Positions 1-5,690 of a stretch of DNA of 12,239 nucleotides are shown here, in pieces. Each line of letters opens with the position of its first letter. Position 1 is the first letter of the stretch. The translations under genes and the position numbers were made by a program. Location: contig BTVV01000161.1 in the NCBI GenBank assembly GCA_045863855.1, positions 1 to 12,239 of the forward strand. Direction: 5' to 3'. The notes beneath the pieces are model-generated. The model saw only the letters and a program-made list of their open reading frames with translations, made no database searches and was not told the DNA's origin. The DNA is from Planctomycetota bacterium (GTDB lineage Bacteria; Planctomycetota; SZUA-567; H5-PLA8).

Positions 1-547
1 GCCACGCCGCCAGTTCCGCCAGCGCCTCCATACCCTCGGGCAGCCGCTCGGCCGCCAGCGCTTCGCGCCGGTTCGCGCTCACGCCCGGCTGTTCGAGCAC
101 GCACGGCGGCAGCAGCTTCAGCGCCGCGTCGCCGCGGTTGGTCAGCCGCACCAGCCAGGCTTGATGCGCGCCCAGCTTCACGTTCGGGGGAACTTCTTGC
201 GCGGGCCAGGGCTGCGCGGTCAGCTCCGCGCGCACCGTCCCTCCCGGGCCGAGCAGATAGCCGTAGCGCGGCGGCAGGCTCTCGCCGCGCATCTGCAGCC
301 GCGCAACGGCCAGGATCTGGTCGACGCGCGCTTCGGACAGCCCGCCCACCTGCTCCAGCCACGCCGCGCGTTCGACGATCCGCTCCAGCGCCGCGTGCCG
401 CGCGCGTTCGTCCGCTTCGCTGCGGTAAAGTTCCTCGAATTGCTTGAGCCGCAGATGCGCTTCGCGGACGCGCTCGGCCAGTTCGTCGGCCGCGTGCAGA
501 CCGCCGGCAGCCAGCGCCGCCAGGAGCGCCCAGCGCGCGAGCCTCAC
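1..547 (-). CDS. Secreted hypothetical protein, partial (C-terminal part runs off the left edge); absent from the ORF track
   Basis: Manual translation from GTG at 547 is stop-free to the window edge: MRLARWALLAALAAGGLHA|ADELAERVREAHLRLKQFEELYRSEADERARHAALERIVERAAWLEQVGG...WLVRLTNRGDAALKLLPPCVLEQ...EALAELAAW. It has a Sec-type signal peptide (basic n-region, hydrophobic core, LHA cleavage site). The GTG overlaps the upstream gene's TGA (GTGA, 544-547), and codons end mostly in G/C. Confidence 0.85.
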   Translation of the reverse strand, partial: MRLARWALLAALAAGGLHAADELAERVREAHLRLKQFEELYRSEADERARHAALERIVERAAWLEQVGGLSEARVDQILAVARLQMRGESLPPRYGYLLGPGGTVRAELTAQPWPAQEVPPNVKLGAHQAWLVRLTNRGDAALKLLPPCVLEQPGVSANRREALAAERLPEGMEALAELAAW

Positions 548-1353
548 GCGCCGGGAGCGTCCGGATCCCGCGGCGGATCGTGCGGAGCGCTCAGGCCCCC
601 GCGGATGCGGTCGGCGTCCAGCGCCAGCGGCACAGGGCGCGCAGGCGGCGCCCGGTCCGGACGGCGCATCTGGCAGTAGATCAGGTAGCCCGCCGTCACG
701 ATCAGCACCCCCAACCCCGCCATCTCGCGCAGCGTCCGGCTTGGCGTATGGTCCGTCCCGCCCAGATACGGGCCGAACGCGCGCAAGACCGCCAGCACCA
801 GCACCGCGATCACCGCCGCCACCAGCGGGCGGCGCTGCGCACGCACCGCCTCCGTCGAAGGGTCGTACGCCACCGCCGTCAGCGCCAACGAACTGTAGAT
901 CGCCACCGCGAAGGCCATCAGCGTCGAAAAATCGCGCACCGGCGCCAAGGCAAAGCGTTGAGCCACCCATGCCAGCACCTCCGCGACCGCGAAAAGCGCC
1001 ACCGTGAGCAGGAAGAGCGCCCGAAAATCGCCTTCCTCCTGCCGCAGCACCAAGTACAGCGCCGTCATGCACAAGCAGAGGGCCTCCAGCCACAGCAGCG
1101 GGTCGCCCCACGTGCTGCCCAGCGGCGGGAGAGCCCCGGGATTCATGAGCACCAGGATCACCCGGATCAGCAACAGCCCGACGCAGAACGTGACGGCCGC
1201 GGCCAGGACCTGCGGGTGCTTGCGGTGGCTCGACAGCGCCGCGGTCACCGAAACCAGCGCGCCGCCGCACCACGCGCACGCGTCGCCAACGCCGGCGTTC
1301 ACGCGCCCGCACTCGCGGCAATGCACTACCTTCTGGCCGGGCTCTGCGCTCAT
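544..1353 (-). CDS. Zinc-ribbon (CxxC...CxxC) integral membrane protein, about 6 TM helices, function unknown
   Basis: From ORF 544..1422, with the start moved to ATG at 1353 (GAGG 9 nt upstream; the 23-codon extension is Arg/Pro-rich). N-terminal HCRECGRVNAGVGDACAWCG is followed by six hydrophobic segments (VLAAAVTFCVGLLLIRVILVLM; LLWLEALCLCMTALYLVL; ALFLLTVALFAVAEVLAWVA; LMAFAVAIYSSLALTAVAY; LVAAVIAVLVLAVL; MAGLGVLIVTAGYLIY) and a Pro/Arg-rich tail. Confidence 0.85.
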   Translation of the reverse strand: MSAEPGQKVVHCRECGRVNAGVGDACAWCGGALVSVTAALSSHRKHPQVLAAAVTFCVGLLLIRVILVLMNPGALPPLGSTWGDPLLWLEALCLCMTALYLVLRQEEGDFRALFLLTVALFAVAEVLAWVAQRFALAPVRDFSTLMAFAVAIYSSLALTAVAYDPSTEAVRAQRRPLVAAVIAVLVLAVLRAFGPYLGGTDHTPSRTLREMAGLGVLIVTAGYLIYCQMRRPDRAPPARPVPLALDADRIRGGLSAPHDPPRDPDAPGA

Positions 1354-1529
1354 CCGTCGGGGCCTCGCAGGGACCGGAGCTTGCCCGTACCGAAGACGCG
1401 CCAAGCGCATCCGGCGGGACAAACCACCAGCCCCTTATTCGGAAGCGATACGCCGCTTTCGCGGTCCTGCATGGAGCCGTGCGGGCGTCTAATGGGTAAC
1501 GCCCGCTTTCGGCCTCATTCCCGAACCGT

Positions 1530-1559
1530 AAGGTAGGGGACCGGCGGGGGTTGGGTCAA
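1530..1559 (-). promoter_or_regulatory. Candidate sigma70-type promoter for the leftward genes
   Basis: Minus strand TTGACC (1559-1554), an 18-nt spacer, then TACCTT (1535-1530), which keeps the key T-A---T bases. Lies in the divergent intergenic region. Confidence 0.4.
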
Positions 1560-1576
1560 GCAGCGGCGCGGACTCT

Positions 1577-1589
1577 GGCATAGAATGCC
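1577..1589 (+). promoter_or_regulatory. Candidate -10 element (TAGAAT) for the DUF4159 gene, inside a short inverted repeat
   Basis: TAGAAT at 1581-1586 matches TATAAT at 5/6 and sits within GGCAT-AGA-ATGCC. There is no convincing -35 at 17-nt spacing. Confidence 0.3.
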
Positions 1590-1663
1590 TAAGCAGGCCG
1601 TTGAAAATGGGTACGACCGCGCAGCCTTGGATTTACGGTCTGGATCAAGGCGCGCAGAGGGGA

Positions 1664-3880
1664 GTGCTCGATATTTTGCATCCGCGGCGCTCGATACTGG
1701 GCCTGACCGGCGCATGCCTGCTGGCCGGAATCCTCGCGATGGAAGGCGCGCGAGCGGCCGAACGCGTCACGCCCGAAGACGTCCGCAACGCGCTCGATCG
1801 CGGCAAGCAGGCCCTGCGCCGTAATCTGCGCACCTACAACTACGCCGGCGCGCGGATCGAATACCGCATCCTCACCGCCATGGCCCTCCTCAATGCCGGC
1901 GTCTCGCCCAAAGACGCCGACGTGCGCTCCATCCTGAACAACCTCGCCGAGCGCGCCACCTTGCTCACCGACCAGCAGTACCTCGGCTCTTACCAGGGCG
2001 GCCTGCTCCTGATGCTCTTCCAAATGACCGGCGATCCGGCTTTCCAGCGCGTCGCGGCGGATTTGAGCCGCCGCTTGCTGCGTTACCAGTTCCCCAACGG
2101 CGGCTGGGGCGACAACAGCCGCACGCAGTTCGCGCTCCTGGGCCTCAAAGCCGCCCGGGATATGGGTCTCGACGTGCCCGGCGAAGTCTTCGAGCGCGCG
2201 CGGCGCTACGTCGAAGGCGGGCAGAACGCGGACGGCGGCTGGAGCTACTACCCGGGCGACGCGCGCAGTTGGGGCAGCATGACCGTCGCCGGATGCTCCG
2301 GGCTCTTCATCTGCGGCGATACGCTCTTCAACGGGCGCAACGCCTGCGACATGCACGGACTCGCCGACCGCCGGCTTTCGCGCGGACTCGAATGGCTGGC
2401 CAACAACTTCTCCGTCCGCACCAACCCCGGCCACAACGGTTACCTCTTCTATTACCTCTACGGGCTCGAACGCGTCGGCATGCTCCTCGCCCAGCGCACC
2501 ATGGGCGGGCACGACTGGTACCGCGAAGGCGCGGCGTTCCTCGTCCGCACCCAAAGCCCAGACGGATCGTGGAGCGGCGAGATGGGCAGCACCGAGTTCG
2601 CCATGCTCTTTCTCGGCAAAGGCAGCAAGCCCATCGCGCTCCAGAAACTCCGCTACGACAAAGGGCACCACTGGAATCTAGATCCCTACGACGCCAAGAA
2701 TCTCACCGAAGCCGCCGCCCGGGATCTCGAAACCCCGATGACCTACCAGATCGTCGGGACCCAAAGCGACACGAAGGAACTGGCCCTCGGCCCGGTGCTG
2801 TACCTGCAAGGCAGCCAGTCCTTCGAGTTCGAGCCCGATTTCCGCACCCAGCTCCGCGGCTTTCTTGACCAAGGCGGATTTCTGGTCGCCGTTGCCGGCT
2901 GCGGGCGCAAGCCCTTCGAGGATTCGTTTAAGCAGGAAGTGCTCAAGATGTACCCGGAAGCCGCGTTCGAACGCCTCGCCCCGGACCATCCCGTCTACGG
3001 TTCGCGCCACACGCTCACCCGCGGCGAACTGTACATGCTCGAAGGCGTCGACCTCGGCTGCCGCACCGCGATCTTCTACGCGCCCAAAGACGTAAGCTGC
3101 GTCTGGGGCGGCCAATGCCAGTGCGAAAACGAGAACGTGATCCTGCACGACGAGGCGCTGAAGCTGGGCGTCAACATCGTCGCCTACGCTTTAGGCTTCC
3201 AACGCCTGCGCGACAAGCTCGACGACGTGAAGGTCGAAGTCTCCGCCCGTGCCGAAGACCGCTTGCCCCGCGGTGCGCTGGTTGTCGGGCAGCTCTACCA
3301 CGCCGGCGGCTGGAACCCCGGCCCCATGGCCATCCCGAACCTCACCAAGACCTTGCGCGAACAGACCAAAATGCCCGCCGAAGTCGCCGTCCGCCGCGTC
3401 CTCAGCGGCAGCGACGAACTCGGCGACTACCCGGCGCTTTATATGACCGGATACCGCAGCTTCAAATTCGGCACCGAGCAGATCAAGGCGCTGCGTGCGT
3501 ACCTCGACCGCGGCGGATTCCTCTTCGCCGACCCCTGGTGCGGGCGCGACGAGTTCGACGAATCCTTCCGCGCACTGTGCAAAGAGCTTTACCCCGACCA
3601 GCCCCTCGAACGCCTCCCGCTCAGCCACGGCATTTTCGAGGCGCCGTTCAAGATCGAGCACGTTACCTATAAGGAACGCGTTGCCGCGAAATTTCCTAAG
3701 CTGGGCAGCGAACCGTACTTGGAAGGCGTAACCGTCAACCAGCGCCTGCTCATTGTGTACAGCCGATTTAACCTCGGCTGCGAACTGCAAGGCAACCCTA
3801 TGCCCCTCAGCTTAGGCGTCAAAGGCGATGCCGCTTACCGTCTGGCCGTAAATACGCTGGTCTATGCCTTAAGCCACTAG
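1664..3880 (+). CDS. Exported protein with a prenyltransferase/squalene-cyclase-like alpha/alpha-barrel repeat domain followed by two DUF4159 domains
   Basis: From ORF 1601..3880. Start is probably GTG 1664 (after AGAGGGGA, giving signal peptide ...PRRSILGLTGACLLAGILAMEGARA|A); ATG 1607 is an alternative. QW-like repeats QFPNGGW, QNADGGW and QSPDGSW, plus GDNSRTQFALLGL and YYLYGLERVG. Two similar C-terminal units (WNLDP..PVLYLQG..LRGFLDQGGFL..LAPDHPVY and WNPGP..PALYMTG..LRAYLDRGGFL..LPLSHGIF) match the DUF4159 pattern. Confidence 0.85.
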   Translation: MLDILHPRRSILGLTGACLLAGILAMEGARAAERVTPEDVRNALDRGKQALRRNLRTYNYAGARIEYRILTAMALLNAGVSPKDADVRSILNNLAERATLLTDQQYLGSYQGGLLLMLFQMTGDPAFQRVAADLSRRLLRYQFPNGGWGDNSRTQFALLGLKAARDMGLDVPGEVFERARRYVEGGQNADGGWSYYPGDARSWGSMTVAGCSGLFICGDTLFNGRNACDMHGLADRRLSRGLEWLANNFSVRTNPGHNGYLFYYLYGLERVGMLLAQRTMGGHDWYREGAAFLVRTQSPDGSWSGEMGSTEFAMLFLGKGSKPIALQKLRYDKGHHWNLDPYDAKNLTEAAARDLETPMTYQIVGTQSDTKELALGPVLYLQGSQSFEFEPDFRTQLRGFLDQGGFLVAVAGCGRKPFEDSFKQEVLKMYPEAAFERLAPDHPVYGSRHTLTRGELYMLEGVDLGCRTAIFYAPKDVSCVWGGQCQCENENVILHDEALKLGVNIVAYALGFQRLRDKLDDVKVEVSARAEDRLPRGALVVGQLYHAGGWNPGPMAIPNLTKTLREQTKMPAEVAVRRVLSGSDELGDYPALYMTGYRSFKFGTEQIKALRAYLDRGGFLFADPWCGRDEFDESFRALCKELYPDQPLERLPLSHGIFEAPFKIEHVTYKERVAAKFPKLGSEPYLEGVTVNQRLLIVYSRFNLGCELQGNPMPLSLGVKGDAAYRLAVNTLVYALSH

Positions 3881-3885
3881 CCAAC

Positions 3886-3914
3886 AAAAAAGGGCTGCTC
3901 GCGCAGCCCTTTTT
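3886..3914. terminator. Bidirectional rho-independent terminator
   Basis: AAAAAA-GGGCTGC-TCGC-GCAGCCC-TTTTT: a perfect 7-bp GC-rich stem with a 4-nt loop (GCGA, GNRA-type, on the minus strand) and U-tracts on both strands. It lies between convergent stop codons at 3880 and 3938. Confidence 0.93.
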
Positions 3915-3937
3915 CGTTCATCTCGCCGGTCAATCCT

Positions 3938-4597
3938 TTAGCGTCGATGGCGGTGGTGATGGTGATGATGGCGATGCCCGCCGTAGTAGCCCCGCCCGTA
4001 GTACCCCAAGCCGCCGTAGTACCGATAGCCGCTGGAGTAATACCGCGGGTAGTAGCAGCTCGAATAGCCGTAGTACCGCGGATAGTACCCGCCGTAGTAG
4101 TAATAGGGATACGAAGAGTAGCCCAAGCCCACCGAGATATAACTCGTGCTTGGATAGGAGTAGCGAACCGTCTCGTACGTGCTGCCCGCGGGCTGCGCAT
4201 ACGTATACGTAGCCGCTTCCGTCGACCGATACTCTTGCTTCGCGCGCTCGTAATCGGCCTGGCTGATGACGTTACTCGCCGAGCGCGTGCTCGTGGTCAC
4301 CGGAACCTCATACTCAGCAACCTTTTGCACCGCCGCCCGCGTCCCGCCGCGCTGAATCATCGCCGCGATCACCGGCTCCGAAACGCCCGCTTCCTTAAGC
4401 CCCACGATCTGCGCTGCGCTCAACGCGCTATACGCACGATGCGCCTGCACCCAAGCCAGCAGCACCTCATCGCCCAAGCCCGACTTGGTCAATTTGACCG
4501 CATCCTCCACCGGCGCCGCAGGCAAATCGCCCTCGGCCGCAACCGCCACCGCGCCGATCAATCCCAGCGCCAAAACGAATCCTCTAATTGTGCTCAT
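3938..4597 (-). CDS. Secreted protein with a small two-repeat helical domain, a Tyr/Gly/Ser/Arg-rich low-complexity region and a C-terminal poly-His tail
   Basis: From ORF 3938..4630, with the start moved to ATG 4597 (AAGGAG 9 nt upstream). Signal peptide MSTIRGFVLALGLIGAVAVAA. Helical repeat VKLTKSGLGDEVLLAW / VGLKEAGVSEPVIAAM. Tail YSSYPYYYYGGYYPRYYGYSSCYYPRYYSSGYRYYGGLGYYGRGYYGG-HRHHHHHHRHRR. Flanked by its own promoter and terminator. Confidence 0.88.
   Translation of the reverse strand: MSTIRGFVLALGLIGAVAVAAEGDLPAAPVEDAVKLTKSGLGDEVLLAWVQAHRAYSALSAAQIVGLKEAGVSEPVIAAMIQRGGTRAAVQKVAEYEVPVTTSTRSASNVISQADYERAKQEYRSTEAATYTYAQPAGSTYETVRYSYPSTSYISVGLGYSSYPYYYYGGYYPRYYGYSSCYYPRYYSSGYRYYGGLGYYGRGYYGGHRHHHHHHRHRR
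4037..4087 (-). repeat. Two 18-bp direct repeats with a 33-bp period, each encoding YYPRYY
   Basis: Minus strand TACTATCCGCGGTACTAC (4087-4070) and TACTACCCGCGGTATTAC (4054-4037) are 16/18 identical; both differences are synonymous TAT/TAC changes. Confidence 0.8.
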
Positions 4598-4638
4598 GCC
4601 CCGCTGCTCCTTTCGTCGTGCTGCAACCACCTGTTTAA

Positions 4639-4667
4639 ATTATCCCTTCCCGCCCGGCCGCTGTCCA
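4639..4667 (-). promoter_or_regulatory. Sigma70-type promoter of the Tyr/His-rich protein gene
   Basis: Minus strand TGGACA (4667-4662), a 17-nt spacer, then GATAAT (4644-4639): 5/6 and 5/6 to consensus with optimal spacing. It is followed by AT-rich TTAAAC and lies about 40 nt before the ATG. Confidence 0.65.
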
Positions 4668-4674
4668 CCTTCCG

Positions 4675-4703
4675 CTGGCAAACCTGGCCAGTCTTCGTAT
4701 CTT
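4675..4703 (+). promoter_or_regulatory. Candidate sigma70-type promoter for the DUF58-BatA pair
   Basis: CTGGCA (4675-4680), a 17-nt spacer, then TATCTT (4698-4703): 4/6 and 4/6 to consensus, back-to-back with the leftward promoter. Confidence 0.35.
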
Positions 4704-4717
4704 CATGTCTCGACGCC

Positions 4718-4736
4718 CTTTGCGAATTTCGCAGAG
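4718..4736. promoter_or_regulatory. Near-perfect palindrome (possible operator or 5'-UTR hairpin)
   Basis: CTTTGCGAA-T-TTCGCAGAG has a perfect TGCGAA/TTCGCA core and 8/9 arm complementarity; the single mismatch would be a G-U pair in RNA. Confidence 0.4.
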
Positions 4737-4774
4737 CCCCAGTACAGGACGTCTATGCGAGGCGTCATATTCAT

Positions 4775-5683
4775 ATGCCCACGCTCGCTCCCGAAGCTTA
4801 TTTGCGCCCCGAAATCATCCGCCAAGTCCAGCGCTTCGACCTTAAAGCCAAGTTCGTGATGGAAGGCTTCCTTGCCGGTCTGCACGCGTCTCCCTTTAAA
4901 GGCTTCAGCGTCGAGTTCAGCGAACACCGCAAGTACGTGCCCGGCGACGATATCCGCTCCATCGATTGGAAGGTCTGGTCGCGCACCAACCGGTATTACG
5001 TCAAGCAGTACGAGGCCGAAACCAACCTCATGGGCCATCTATTGGTCGATGTCAGCGCTTCGATGGGCTATTCCGGACCCGACGCCCAAGCGCTCAGCAA
5101 ACTCGAGTACGCCACGTACCTCGCCGGCGCCATGGCTTACCTCATGATCCATCAGCAGGATCCGGTGGGCTTGATCACGTTCGGGTCGGGCTTGGAGGCG
5201 TACCTCAAGCCCAAGAGTAAGCCCAGCCACCTGCTTTCGATTCTGCGCGTACTCAGCGAAGCGCTGCCCAAGGGACCGACGGGGCTGGCCGCGCAGCTCC
5301 ACCGCATTGCCGAGATGATCCCGCATCGCGGCTTGGTCGTTCTGCTCACCGATTTGCTGGACGACGAAACACGCGTGCTCGATGCGTTAAGCCACCTGCG
5401 CTATCGCGGGCACGATGTGATCGTCTTCCAGATCTTCAGCGCCGCAGAAGCGCACTTTCCGTTCGACGAACTGACGCGCTTCGAGGATGTGGAAGAGCGG
5501 GAAGCGGCCCAAGTGGCTGAGCCGACCGCGATCCGGACAGCCTACCTCGAAGAGGTGCATGCTTTCCTCGAACGCTACCGCACCGAATGCACGAAGCGGC
5601 GCGTGGATTTCGTGCCCCTGGACACTTCGCAGAGCTTCGACAAAGCGCTGATGGCTTACCTCACACGCCGGTGCGGGAGGTAG
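4775..5683 (+). CDS. DUF58 domain protein (vWA-like, MoxR-associated family)
   Basis: 3' part of ORF 3947..5683; the real start is ATG 4775 (MPTLAPEAYLRPE...), giving 302 aa. Family motifs: GLHASPFKGFSVEFSEHRKYVPGDDIRSIDWK..RTNRYYVKQYEAE, MIDAS-like LLVDVSASM, SKLEYA, DPVGL, VVLLTDL and HDVIVFQI. Confidence 0.93.
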   Translation: MPTLAPEAYLRPEIIRQVQRFDLKAKFVMEGFLAGLHASPFKGFSVEFSEHRKYVPGDDIRSIDWKVWSRTNRYYVKQYEAETNLMGHLLVDVSASMGYSGPDAQALSKLEYATYLAGAMAYLMIHQQDPVGLITFGSGLEAYLKPKSKPSHLLSILRVLSEALPKGPTGLAAQLHRIAEMIPHRGLVVLLTDLLDDETRVLDALSHLRYRGHDVIVFQIFSAAEAHFPFDELTRFEDVEEREAAQVAEPTAIRTAYLEEVHAFLERYRTECTKRRVDFVPLDTSQSFDKALMAYLTRRCGR

Positions 5684-5690
5684 GCGCGCC

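Noticed and set aside
1500..1522. Minus-strand ATGAGGCCGAAAG resembling a hammerhead ribozyme core
   Set aside because: The required CUGANGA is absent (GGAATGA here), and there is no closing GGCC stem II followed by GAAA.
1703..1717. LTGAC as a lipoprotein lipobox
   Set aside because: The -3 residue is Thr, the Cys lies in the middle of the hydrophobic core, and a good A-x-A signal peptidase I site follows.
1757..2620. Annotation as squalene-hopene cyclase or thioester-containing protein
   Set aside because: There is only one barrel-length region, no DxDD and no GCxEQ, and the protein has an export signal. The resemblance is at fold level only.
3938..4597. Tyr-rich secreted protein as substrate of the nearby Wzc kinase or as a RiPP precursor
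   Set aside because: The Wzc kinase domain is cytoplasmic while this protein is exported. The genes are about 6 kb apart in different transcription units, and no RiPP maturases are present.
4631..4670. DnaA-box-like 9-mers (TTATCCCTT, CTGTCCACC) near the skew change, suggesting oriC
   Set aside because: Only two poor matches, and both coincide with the -10/-35 elements. The intergenic region is short, with no AT-rich unwinding element and no dnaA/dnaN context.
3947..4774. 276-codon N-terminal extension of the DUF58 ORF (578-aa ORF) overlapping the Tyr/His-rich gene in antisense
   Set aside because: DUF58 similarity starts at ATG 4775. The extension is the stop-free antisense shadow of a low-complexity gene and crosses promoter-like sequence.
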